Shown here in pieces: positions 28,980-37,858 of a stretch of DNA of 64,000 bases. The stretch covers positions 430,889-494,888 of the forward strand of contig CAWINI010000003.1 in NCBI GenBank assembly GCA_963837395.1, read 5' to 3'. Position 1 is the stretch's first letter, and each line of letters opens with the position of its first letter. The notes under the pieces are model-generated. The model searched no databases. It was not told the DNA's origin and worked only from the letters and a program-made list of their open reading frames with translations. Source of the DNA: an uncultured bacterium. GTDB lineage: Bacteria > Acidobacteriota > HRBIN11 > JAKEFK01. The translations under genes were made by a program, and so were the position numbers.

Positions 28980-29474
28980 ATGGCAGAGGCGATCTCCCGT
29001 AGAAAGTTCTTTTCCTGGTTAGGTTTAGCGTGGGGCGCATTTGCCGCCTCTATGGGCGTGGCATTGACTGCCACCATGCGCTTCCTATTTCCTAACGTCT
29101 TATTTGAACCTCCATCGTCATTTATTGCCGGATTTCCTGAAGACTATGCAGTCAACAAAGTTGATGAACGTTGGAAGGAAAAACGTGCATGCTGGATTGT
29201 TCGTACGAATGAAATCATTTATGTACTCAGTACCGTTTGTACACATTTAGGATGTACTCCGAATTGGCTGGAAGCGGAAAACAAATTTAAGTGTCCTTGT
29301 CATGGCAGCGGTTTTTACATGACTGGAATCAATTTTGAAGGTTCAGCTCCGCGGCCATTAGAACGTTTTAGAATCTCAATCGCTGATGATGGCCAATTAG
29401 TTGTAGATAAAAGCAAAAAATTTCAACAGGAAAAGGGTGAATGGAGCGATCCCGAATCGTTCGTTCGAGTTTAG
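28980..29474 (+). CDS. Rieske [2Fe-2S] subunit of a cytochrome bc-type complex.
   Basis: Tat-like 'SRRKFFSWLG'. Cluster boxes 'CTHLGC' and 'CPCHGS'. Confidence 0.88.
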   Translation: MAEAISRRKFFSWLGLAWGAFAASMGVALTATMRFLFPNVLFEPPSSFIAGFPEDYAVNKVDERWKEKRACWIVRTNEIIYVLSTVCTHLGCTPNWLEAENKFKCPCHGSGFYMTGINFEGSAPRPLERFRISIADDGQLVVDKSKKFQQEKGEWSDPESFVRV

Positions 29475-29503
29475 AAATTTAACCACAGAACTAGGGAAGG
29501 AAA

Positions 29504-30292
29504 ATGGCACCACCAAAACGCGGCATTTGGTCTCAAATAACGCGCTCACAAGTTTGGAAATCAATTTTCCGGCATTCTGTGCCGAAAGATACACGCGGGC
29601 GCGCACTCGCAGTTCTCAACAATGTATTTTTGCATTTGCATCCTGTGCGTATTCGAAAATCCGGAATCGCGCTCGGTTATACATGGTGCATGGGTGGGCT
29701 AACTTTTTTTCTTTTCCTGGTTGAAGTGTTCACCGGTCTGCTGTTGATGTTCTATTATCGTCCAACTCTGGAATATGCATATATGGATATCGTGGAGTTG
29801 GGTGAGCAGGTTCCATTGGGTGTAATGCGCGAATTACATCGGTGGGGCGCACACGCAATGGTAATCACGGTTTGGCTCCACATGTTGCGCGTATTTTTAA
29901 CTGGAAGTTATAAACCACCACGTGAGTTTAACTGGATCGTTGGAGTACTTCTTTTGGTGCTTACATTGTTGCTGAGCTTTACAGGATATTTGTTGCCCTG
30001 GGATCAATTAGCAATTTGGGCTATCACTGTTGGATCCAACATGGCGCGTGCAACTCCGTTCTTAGGGCATGAAGGTCCAGGTGCAAGCCTTTTGAAAATT
30101 GGCGATCTTGCAATGGTTCATGCCGGAGATGATGCGCGATTTGCGCTTTTAGGCGGACGCTTTGTTGGCGCTGGAGCGTTATTGAGATTTTACGTTTTGC
30201 ATTGCGTGGCAATTCCAGTTGTTGCAAGCATCCTGATGGCAGTTCACTTCTGGCGCGTTCGTAAAGATGGCGGAATTTCCGGACCGATGTAG
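29504..30292 (+). CDS. Cytochrome b, N-terminal (b6-like) half of a split cytochrome b.
   Basis: Four TM helices with conserved His pairs ('HRWGAHAMV', 'HMLRVF'). Confidence 0.8.
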   Translation: MAPPKRGIWSQITRSQVWKSIFRHSVPKDTRGRALAVLNNVFLHLHPVRIRKSGIALGYTWCMGGLTFFLFLVEVFTGLLLMFYYRPTLEYAYMDIVELGEQVPLGVMRELHRWGAHAMVITVWLHMLRVFLTGSYKPPREFNWIVGVLLLVLTLLLSFTGYLLPWDQLAIWAITVGSNMARATPFLGHEGPGASLLKIGDLAMVHAGDDARFALLGGRFVGAGALLRFYVLHCVAIPVVASILMAVHFWRVRKDGGISGPM

Positions 30293-30300
30293 GAGACGTT

Positions 30301-31044
30301 ATGGAGTTCTTCAAATCTATAGTTAATGTCCTTACAAATCCTCCGATTCTAATCTCGACTGCAATGATCCTGTTTCTCATTGTGGTAAACCTGCGCGGAT
30401 TCTGGAAACCACTTCCTGCAAAAATCCTTTTCGCACTCGCCGCCGCCTTCATGCTCATCAGCATTCAAGATCCAAACTTTAGAAAAATTGTTGTCGCACC
30501 TGATAACGTTCCAATTGTAGGAATGCTTTTCCTGGTTGGATTTTTTGTGTGGTACGCACTGTATAAAGCGAAATCAAATGATGAACGCTTAGAACAAAAT
30601 TTGCCGGTACGTGAAGCGGAAGATAATGAAAAAGTTTTGGTGTGGCCGAATCTTGTTTACACTGAAATGATCTGTCTCGTGATTTGTACCGCGATTCTGA
30701 CAATCTGGGCAATCGGTTTGAAAGCTCCATTAGAGGCGCCGGCCAATCCTGCTGATTCACCCAATCCATCCAAAGCACCATGGTATTTTCTCGGCCTTCA
30801 AGAAATGCTTGTTTATTACGATCCATGGCTGGCGGGAGTTGTGTTTCCAAGTCTGATCATTTTTGGATTGATGGCAATTCCATTCATTGATGTAAATCCA
30901 AAAGGCAGCGGCTACTACACATTCAAAGAAAGGAAATGGGAAATTTCGATTTTCCTTTTCGGTTTTGTGATCCTGTGGGTCATGTTAATCACGCTTGGAA
31001 CATTTTTGCGCGGCCCAAACTGGAACTTCTTTGGGCCCCTATGA
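30301..31044 (+). CDS. Cytochrome b C-terminal half, subunit IV-like.
   Basis: TM protein directly after cytochrome b6. 'PEWY'-region-like 'PWYFLGLQEML'. Confidence 0.7.
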   Translation: MEFFKSIVNVLTNPPILISTAMILFLIVVNLRGFWKPLPAKILFALAAAFMLISIQDPNFRKIVVAPDNVPIVGMLFLVGFFVWYALYKAKSNDERLEQNLPVREAEDNEKVLVWPNLVYTEMICLVICTAILTIWAIGLKAPLEAPANPADSPNPSKAPWYFLGLQEMLVYYDPWLAGVVFPSLIIFGLMAIPFIDVNPKGSGYYTFKERKWEISIFLFGFVILWVMLITLGTFLRGPNWNFFGPL

Positions 31045-31377
31045 ATTTTGGGATGTACACAAAGTTCTCGTTTTAAACAACGTTAATTTATCGGAATATT
31101 TTTGGGTAATTGCCTTAGGCAAAGGGTTGCCATCACAATGGTGGCTCCGTGAAAGCCTCGGATTTTTGTTAGTCGGCTTTTACATTCTGGTGCTTCCAGT
31201 TTTGCTGGCAAAAACAATCTTCAAACGGTTTTACGTAAAGATGGGACCGGCAAGATTTTACATCGGTGTTTTTTTATTTTTAGCGATGTTTGCATTACCG
31301 CTAAAAATGTATTTACGCTGGCTATTTAACTTGAAGTACATAATCGCTATACCGGAGGCCTTCTTTAATATATAGAA

Positions 31378-31465
31378 AATCGTAATCTTACTCTTACTCG
31401 TACTCGTAATCGGAAAAAACGAATCGAGTAAGAGTAAGAGTAAGAGTACGATTACGAGTACGATT
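31378..31465 (+). repeat. Hexamer-repeat hairpin element, copy A. AATCGTA-(CTYNTA)n, loop, (TAAGAG/TACGAG)n-TACGATT, ending 2 nt before the ATG at 31468.
   Basis: Left arm aatcgtaatcttactcttactcgtactcgtaatcg, loop gaaaaaac, right arm gaatcgagtaagagtaagagtaagagtacgattacgagtacgatt. Confidence 0.8.
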
Positions 31466-31467
31466 TT

Positions 31468-34365
31468 ATGGCAAAGAAAGACTCAGATCACGCATACGAC
31501 ATCAATAAGTTGAACATGTTTTTTGCGATTTCCAGCATCATCATGTTCGCATTTTTTGCATGGATGTTATGGCAGGATTTCAATCGTGATTGGAAACGTG
31601 TTCAAGCTCAATTCCGGCGTTTAGAAAAAGCTCGTACTGCATCACTCATACAAAAAGAAGAAGCTACGCTCCAAAGCAATCCGGAATACACAAAAGTTCA
31701 GCAAGAATTAGAAGCAGCAAAAGCGGAACAAAAACAGCAACAAGCTGAATTCGAAAAAGCACAGAAAGATCAAAAAGACATTCAGGGAGTGTGGTACAAG
31801 GCGGATCAGGCATTTCGATTTAAGAAGGCAGAATATGAAGCCAAGCGCTACGATTATGAAGAAGCAGAGGCTGAGCATCCGAAAAGTGCCGCAAAAAAGA
31901 AGGAAGAGCTTGATAAAAGTTTTAATGCTATGCAAGATCTCCAGCACAAACTAGATGAAGTGAATGGCAAGAAATCGGCAATCGATGCGAATGTAGAAAA
32001 ATACACGAAACGGATCGATGATCTGGACAAAGAAAAGACAAAGATTCAGACGAAGTTAGATCGGATGGAACGCAAGGAGGCTAATTTTTCGGCTTCCCCT
32101 GCAAATATTTTCCGCAATCTTCCATTAGTTGATTTCATCGGACCTTCCATCAAAATTCAGCAGGTTGTTGTTGACAATATATATGAAGATATCAACTTCA
32201 CCCGAATTCAACGTGTCGATCGCTGTATGACCTGCCATGCATCAATTGATCAGGATGGATATAACGAAGGCGACAAAATTCCGGACTACGGCGAGATCAA
32301 ACAGCCATTCGTTTCACATCCGAAGTTAGATATTTTCGTTGGTACTACATCAAAGCATCCGATGGATCGATTCGGATGCACTTCATGTCATCTTGGAAGA
32401 GGACGTTCTACAGATTTTGTTGGTGCTGTTCATGTTCCGGACAATGAGGAAGAAAAGAAGCGTTGGGAAAAAGATCATGATTGGCACAAGATGCATCATT
32501 GGGAATATCCGATGTATCCAAAGAGCATGGTGGAAGCTTCGTGCATTAAATGCCATCAAGGTGTTGCTCAAATTCCTGGCGGCGAAAAAATCAACGTGGC
32601 TCGATATCTGTTCATTGAAAACGGTTGTCATGGCTGCCATCTGACAAAAGGATTTGAAAATCTTCCGAAAGTTGGCCCGGATTTGCATCATATTAGCAGC
32701 AAGGTAACGAAAGAATGGGCTTTCAAATGGATCAAAAATCCAAAAGCTTTTCGTCCGACTACACGTATGCCCCGTTATTTCGGAAACTCTAACAACAGCG
32801 ATCCTGAAGATGTTGCACGTAATGAAGTTGAAATCCGATCGATGGTTGAGTATCTATTCGCAAAAGCTGAACCGATCGATTATGAACCTGTAACACTTTC
32901 CGGCGATCCAGCAAACGGCAAAACGCTCGTTCACGACCTGGGATGCGTAGGATGCCATCTGGCAGAAGGAGATACGCCATCTGGCATAAATACCCGCCGC
33001 CGTTTCGGGCCGCCATTGGTGAAGCTGGGATCGAAGACAAATGCTACCTGGCTGTTTAACTGGTTAAAAGAACCCCGCAATTATGCACCACAGACCCGGA
33101 TGCCCAACATGAAGCTAAGCGATCAAGAAGCAATGGACATCGCTGCTTATTTGCTATCAATTCGAGATACGGCATGGGAAGGGCAAAAAGTTCCGACTCT
33201 TCAAGAAAAATATTTGAAAGATGAAATCGTATTCCATTTAAAACGGCAGTACGGTATTGCAGCAGAAGAACAATACAACAAAATGTCTGAGCAAGAACGC
33301 TGGATGTTCTTAGGTGAAAAATCGATCTCACGTTACGGCTGTTCCGGTTGTCATTTGATACCCGGATTTGAAACAGCAAAAGGGATCGGTACATCGCTTT
33401 CGGAAGAAGGAAGCAAGAAAGTTACAAAGTTTGATTTTGGATTTGTTGATATTGAACATGAAGTACCGGATTACATCACACAAAAATTGCATGATCCGCG
33501 TTCATTTGATCATGAACGTGTGAAACGGTGGGATGAAAAGTTGATCATGCCCAATTTTGATTTCAGTAATGAAGAAACTGCATCACTGACAATGTTGATC
33601 ATGGGATTGACCAATGAGCGCGTTCCGGCAGAGTCGCAGGCAGTGCTGAATGATAGTCAGCAAGTTGCAGAACGTGGGCGTTGGTTAGTATTGCAGAAAA
33701 ATTGTGTCGCATGTCACAACATTGATGGATGGGGCGGTGAAATTCGTGAAGTCATCAAAGAAGAAGGAATGGCCCCGCCGTTGCTGATTGAAGAAGGTGA
33801 TAAAGCGCAATCAGATTGGTTGTTCCAATTTTTGAAAGCGCCGGGGCATATTCGTCCGTGGTTAAAAGTACGAATGCCGAATTTCCGGTTATCGGATGAA
33901 GAAGCGAATACGCTGGTGCAATTCTTTATGGCGGCAACAAAGAGTGGTCCGTTTAATAGTCCACCTGATATTACAAATCATCTTGCAGAAGGCGAGCACA
34001 TCTTCAAAACATTCCAGTGTTCAGTGTGTCACGTTATTCAAGGAGTTGTTCCTCCAAACAGAGCTGCGGCAGATCTTGCACCGGATCTCAGCATGGCGCG
34101 AACCAGATTGCGTGCGAGCTGGATTTTGAAATGGTTGGAAGATCCGCAAAAATTACAGCCCGGCACTCGTATGCCTGACTTCTTCCCTGAGGCAGCGATG
34201 CCAGGTGTTTTGAATGGCGATCCGAATTTGCAAAAGGAAGCGATCCGCAACTATATTTACAGCCTCGGCCAGGGAAATCTTGCATCGATTTTGAGTCCGG
34301 CAGAAGCTGCGTGGTATGAACCTAAAAAAGCGCACGCGACTGCAGAGAATGTTGGAACAAAATAG
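31468..34365 (+). CDS. Membrane-anchored multihaem c-type cytochrome with eight CxxCH motifs.
   Basis: CMTCH, CTSCH, CIKCH, CHGCH, CVGCH, CSGCH, CVACH, CSVCH. N-terminal TM and K/E-rich coiled coil. Four repeats of 'W.F.W.K.P...TRMP'. Confidence 0.85.
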   Translation: MAKKDSDHAYDINKLNMFFAISSIIMFAFFAWMLWQDFNRDWKRVQAQFRRLEKARTASLIQKEEATLQSNPEYTKVQQELEAAKAEQKQQQAEFEKAQKDQKDIQGVWYKADQAFRFKKAEYEAKRYDYEEAEAEHPKSAAKKKEELDKSFNAMQDLQHKLDEVNGKKSAIDANVEKYTKRIDDLDKEKTKIQTKLDRMERKEANFSASPANIFRNLPLVDFIGPSIKIQQVVVDNIYEDINFTRIQRVDRCMTCHASIDQDGYNEGDKIPDYGEIKQPFVSHPKLDIFVGTTSKHPMDRFGCTSCHLGRGRSTDFVGAVHVPDNEEEKKRWEKDHDWHKMHHWEYPMYPKSMVEASCIKCHQGVAQIPGGEKINVARYLFIENGCHGCHLTKGFENLPKVGPDLHHISSKVTKEWAFKWIKNPKAFRPTTRMPRYFGNSNNSDPEDVARNEVEIRSMVEYLFAKAEPIDYEPVTLSGDPANGKTLVHDLGCVGCHLAEGDTPSGINTRRRFGPPLVKLGSKTNATWLFNWLKEPRNYAPQTRMPNMKLSDQEAMDIAAYLLSIRDTAWEGQKVPTLQEKYLKDEIVFHLKRQYGIAAEEQYNKMSEQERWMFLGEKSISRYGCSGCHLIPGFETAKGIGTSLSEEGSKKVTKFDFGFVDIEHEVPDYITQKLHDPRSFDHERVKRWDEKLIMPNFDFSNEETASLTMLIMGLTNERVPAESQAVLNDSQQVAERGRWLVLQKNCVACHNIDGWGGEIREVIKEEGMAPPLLIEEGDKAQSDWLFQFLKAPGHIRPWLKVRMPNFRLSDEEANTLVQFFMAATKSGPFNSPPDITNHLAEGEHIFKTFQCSVCHVIQGVVPPNRAAADLAPDLSMARTRLRASWILKWLEDPQKLQPGTRMPDFFPEAAMPGVLNGDPNLQKEAIRNYIYSLGQGNLASILSPAEAAWYEPKKAHATAENVGTK

Positions 34366-34404
34366 GTCTTAGCGTCTCCGCGGTAAAGATCGGACCTCCC
34401 CTGC

Positions 34405-34524
34405 ATGCTAAGCTCAAACATACTAATCTTGATTGTATGCATCGTTCTGATCATCGGTGCATGGTTTTTGTTTCAATGGGGAATTCATAGAGCGGAAAAA
34501 AATGATAAGGAACATCAAGAATGA
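34405..34524 (+). CDS. Small hydrophobic protein of 39 aa. It is not in the ORF track and overlaps the next start as ATGA.
   Basis: 'MLSSNILILIVCIVLIIGAWFLFQWGIHRAEKNDKEHQE' has one TM. Its stop shares the ATGA at 34521-34524. Confidence 0.45.
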   Translation: MLSSNILILIVCIVLIIGAWFLFQWGIHRAEKNDKEHQE

Positions 34525-35402
34525 AAGAAGATGAAGTTCAGCCGCAACAACTAGAAGATCCGGAAGAACAGCAGAAAGAAAAAGGAATTTTGGTTCTATT
34601 CCGTTTTGTTGTTGTGCCGCTGATTCTGGTTGGGTTCATTGTTTTCCTTATTCTTCTTTTCGGAAATATGGCGCTGAAAGAAAAATCGGTACGCGATTAT
34701 CTTTACGATATCAGGACCGGCAGTCAATCTGAACGCTGGCAAGCTGCATATCATCTTTCCAATTTACTGGCCAGTCCAACGAAGGATTATCGATCGGATG
34801 CAAAGAAAGAACTTCCGGAAATGATGCTGATTTTTCGAAATGAAAAAGGAAAAGATCCGCAAATCCGCCGTTATCTGGCATTAGCAATGGGTGGGCTTCA
34901 AGATTCTCGCGCGGTGCCGGCATTGCAGGAAGCAATTCAAGATGAAGATTCGCAAACTGCATTTTATTCGATCTGGGCAATCGGAAATATTGGTGACAAA
35001 GAGTCAACTCCAATGATCATTGAAACTCTGGAAAGTAGCGATAGTGGAATCCGGATCATCAGTGCTTACGTTCTTGGAGCGCTTGGCGATTCGCGTTCGA
35101 TTCCGCCTTTGCAAGCACATCTTGAAGATTCAGAGCCGGAAGTTCGCTGGAATTCGGCAATTGCACTCAGCCGATTAAACAACGATGCTGGCGCAGGTGT
35201 TCTAATGGACCTGATGAAGCGCGAATATCTTGCTACTTTTAGCAAGCTTTCAGAAGAACGAAAAGAAGAGTTAATGGTCAATGCAATCAAGGCTTCCGCA
35301 AAGTTAAAAAAACCGGAATTGTTAGAGCAAATCAAAAAATTAAGTACCTCTGATCCGAATCCACGCGTGCGTGATGCCGCAATCAAAATCACAAAGAGTT
35401 AA
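34521..35402 (+). CDS. HEAT / PBS-lyase-repeat protein with an N-terminal TM.
   Basis: Repeated 'VR..AA.ALG.LGD' units ('IRRYLALAMGGLQDSRAVPAL', 'VRWNSAIALSRL'). Confidence 0.7.
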   Translation: MKEDEVQPQQLEDPEEQQKEKGILVLFRFVVVPLILVGFIVFLILLFGNMALKEKSVRDYLYDIRTGSQSERWQAAYHLSNLLASPTKDYRSDAKKELPEMMLIFRNEKGKDPQIRRYLALAMGGLQDSRAVPALQEAIQDEDSQTAFYSIWAIGNIGDKESTPMIIETLESSDSGIRIISAYVLGALGDSRSIPPLQAHLEDSEPEVRWNSAIALSRLNNDAGAGVLMDLMKREYLATFSKLSEERKEELMVNAIKASAKLKKPELLEQIKKLSTSDPNPRVRDAAIKITKS

Positions 35403-35417
35403 GATAAAATAACGTTC

Positions 35418-35924
35418 ATGGATGCTGAACAGTGGCGCAGAGAGACTTTGCGAAAAATGAAAAGCTCACGCGCTGCTACGCTCCGTTTATTTGATCGCAT
35501 CAACGCGCGCATGATGATCAAACCTGAACTTCAAGGAAGGTGGTCCATTAAAGATGTGTTTGCGCACATGGTAGCCTGGGAAAATGAAGCTTCGAAACGG
35601 TTGGAGCTGATTTTAAATGGAAAGTCAGATCGAATTTATTACTACGAAGACTCCAGTGTGATGCACAGATTCAATGCGCGTGTTGTATCAAAATATAAAC
35701 GACTTTCAATGAATCAATTGTTAAAAGAGGCTGCGGAAATTCGCACGGGGCTCATGGCTCGATTGAAAAAAATTCCAGTGGTTGAAATCGATAATTCATC
35801 CCACCTTCATCCCGTTTCAGAATGGTTGCCGGAATTCACATATATCCACGAGCAAGATCATCGCAAACGGATTCAGAAATGGATTTCCGCTCGTAACAGG
35901 GACAGGCAAAAAGGCCGTTCTTGA
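35418..35924 (+). CDS. DinB/ClbS-like four-helix-bundle protein.
   Basis: 'WSIKDVFAHMVAWENE' and 'HEQDHRKRI'. Confidence 0.5.
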   Translation: MDAEQWRRETLRKMKSSRAATLRLFDRINARMMIKPELQGRWSIKDVFAHMVAWENEASKRLELILNGKSDRIYYYEDSSVMHRFNARVVSKYKRLSMNQLLKEAAEIRTGLMARLKKIPVVEIDNSSHLHPVSEWLPEFTYIHEQDHRKRIQKWISARNRDRQKGRS

Positions 35925-36232
35925 TGACTCCATTCGACCCATCATCAAGGTCATTCCGCTTTATCATCCTTCCAATCTGCGTTGCGTACTTTCTGATTTG
36001 TGTACTGTTCGGCGGTTGGCCTTTCAATCTGATTTTTCTGGATTCGCTCTTCAATAGCCGTATCGCACTCATTTTGGTGACGATTTGCATTCTGCACTCT
36101 CGAAACATTTTCCAAAAAATCACACGCCAAACTGTTCTGGAAACGTTAGGTTTTTTTGTAATCATCGGAATCGCAGCTTACCTGCGGTTTAAAGGAATTC
36201 GTAATCTTGAGCTTTTAGCGACCTACGGTTGA
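35921..36232 (+). CDS. Small membrane protein (hypothetical).
   Basis: 103 aa, about 3 TM. Confidence 0.4.
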   Translation: MMTPFDPSSRSFRFIILPICVAYFLICVLFGGWPFNLIFLDSLFNSRIALILVTICILHSRNIFQKITRQTVLETLGFFVIIGIAAYLRFKGIRNLELLATYG

Positions 36233-36245
36233 TGAACCAATTCTG

Positions 36246-37646
36246 GTGGATCCTGTACTTCGGATGTTGCGAACCGGATCCTATGATTTCATGAATTATG
36301 AATACGGTGGTGTGTATTTTTATGTACTCGCCATCGCTTTCATCCTGATGATTTTTCGCAGCATCTCCCACTTCTGGCATCGCGATATAAGTGAGATTCC
36401 GGAAGTCGCATATTACACTGCCGGACGAATGATAACTGCATTTTTGAGTCTTGCTATAGTTGCATGCACCTACGGAATCGCACGGAAATATTTCGGAAAG
36501 ATTCCGGCAATTGCCGCAAGTTTTATTCTGACGTTTTCTGCCCTTTCGTTTACTGTTGCACATGAGGTACGACTGGATTTCGCTCTTGCTTTATGGATTC
36601 TGCTGGCACACTGGTTCTTTTTGCGAATGCTGGATGAGCCTTCAACGTTGAATTACGCAGTTGCAGGAATCTTTTGTGGACTCGCCATGGGCACGAAATA
36701 CACAGTTGTCACGATCTTCATCCCATTTCTGATTACGCATGCGCTTTCAAAAAAAGGAAAATGGTTTGATTGGAATTTGCTGCTCGGTCTTTTTTGCGGC
36801 TTAGCAATTTACATACTGACCAACCTCTATGCTTTAATCCATCTCAACACCTTTCTGATCCGATTGTCTATTGCTGTCTATCACAATCTCAATCCACTGC
36901 ACTGGAGTCATACTTCCAATCGCGCTTTTGAATACACCATTATTTTGATCAGGGAGGGAATCGGACTGGCAGCTCTAATCACAGCATTGATCACTCTCCC
37001 CCGCATTTTTTCGAGGCCCGGCTTTGCGGAGGTTGCGCGGACGCCTCGAGGCCCGGCATTGCGGTGGCAGGGTGCGAAAGCCGGGCCTCAGATCGTTTAT
37101 TACTTCTTTCGGACCTTCCCTCTTCTGCATTTACTATTTCTCGGTTCCTATCCATCCGGCTTTGCACGTTACATAATTCCAATCCTGCCTTTATTAGCCA
37201 TTCTTGCCGGCGAAGGAGTACGAATTATTGTGGAATGGATCAAGATCAAAGCAAAAATGGAGCCGCGCACAAATAAGTTCGTGGCAACCGCAGTACTTGC
37301 TTTATTAGTTGTATACCCTGCGTGGAGCGCTTATCGATATTATGCTGAACTCGCAAAAGCACTCTCACCGAAAGAAGTTATTACATGGATTCAAAAGAAT
37401 ATTCCGGAAGGTTCAACAATTCTGATTGATCCTACAGGACCCGTCGTTCCTTCGAATCACTATAAGGTCACTTCGCTGAACTATGCTCAATTCAAGGAAA
37501 CAAGAAGCGTTAAAGGTTTTGACTACGTTTGTGTAACAGAAGATTTGTTTAAGCGCGTCCCTCGCTCCTATGAAGTACTGCACGAATTCCCATCGCGCAC
37601 GAAAGCACTGGATCGTGCGGTGCGAATCTACAAGGCTGTCGAGTGA
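36246..37646 (+). CDS. Polytopic membrane protein, GT39/ArnT-like, carrying a GC-rich in-frame insertion near 37012-37091.
   Basis: At least 10 TM segments. The family assignment is weak. Insert 'SRPGFAEVARTPRGPALRWQGAKAGPQ' is encoded by a palindromic GC-rich element. Confidence 0.45.
   Translation: MDPVLRMLRTGSYDFMNYEYGGVYFYVLAIAFILMIFRSISHFWHRDISEIPEVAYYTAGRMITAFLSLAIVACTYGIARKYFGKIPAIAASFILTFSALSFTVAHEVRLDFALALWILLAHWFFLRMLDEPSTLNYAVAGIFCGLAMGTKYTVVTIFIPFLITHALSKKGKWFDWNLLLGLFCGLAIYILTNLYALIHLNTFLIRLSIAVYHNLNPLHWSHTSNRAFEYTIILIREGIGLAALITALITLPRIFSRPGFAEVARTPRGPALRWQGAKAGPQIVYYFFRTFPLLHLLFLGSYPSGFARYIIPILPLLAILAGEGVRIIVEWIKIKAKMEPRTNKFVATAVLALLVVYPAWSAYRYYAELAKALSPKEVITWIQKNIPEGSTILIDPTGPVVPSNHYKVTSLNYAQFKETRSVKGFDYVCVTEDLFKRVPRSYEVLHEFPSRTKALDRAVRIYKAVE
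37012..37091. repeat. GC-rich palindromic element inside a CDS (cgaggcccggc, cgaggcccggc, gccgggcctc).
   Basis: The local GC is far above the surrounding CDS. There is a direct repeat plus an inverted copy, with a similar motif after folB at 56692..56735. Confidence 0.7.
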
Positions 37647-37648
37647 TT

Positions 37649-37673
37649 TGTAGCGCCGGCGGCTCGCCGGCGC
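37649..37673. repeat. 25-bp palindromic repeat TGTAGCGCCGGCGGCTCGCCGGCGC. It is the inverted partner of 37805..37829.
   Basis: Exact reverse complement of the 37805..37829 copy, with 131 bp between them. Confidence 0.85.
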
Positions 37674-37804
37674 GGGTTTGCTTTGCATCTAATTTGTCCT
37701 CTGTGGGTGAAAACGAGCAAATATACTAAAGAATTTCTTCACAATTTAGGCTGTTCATGCTCGCTCCCGCTCGCATAAAACTTTTCAGTGTATTTACTAA
37801 GCCA

Positions 37805-37829
37805 GCGCCGGCGAGCCGCCGGCGCTACA
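37805..37829. repeat. 25-bp repeat GCGCCGGCGAGCCGCCGGCGCTACA.
   Basis: Perfect inverted partner of 37649..37673. A third, similar copy lies at 61853..61876. Confidence 0.85.
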
Positions 37830-37858
37830 AAGCTTCACCACTCTCAAAATTGGGTATA

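Noticed and set aside
30995-31375. ORF of 126 aa overlapping the 3' end of the cytochrome b subunit IV gene.
   Set aside because: Its 5' part is out of frame inside the upstream CDS. Only a short hydrophobic tail (from MGPARFYIGV) could be real. It is too uncertain to call.
31378-31465. The hexamer and heptamer arrays as a CRISPR array.
   Set aside because: The repeat period is 6-8 bp with no unique spacers. The arrays are arranged as inverted arms. No cas genes are nearby.
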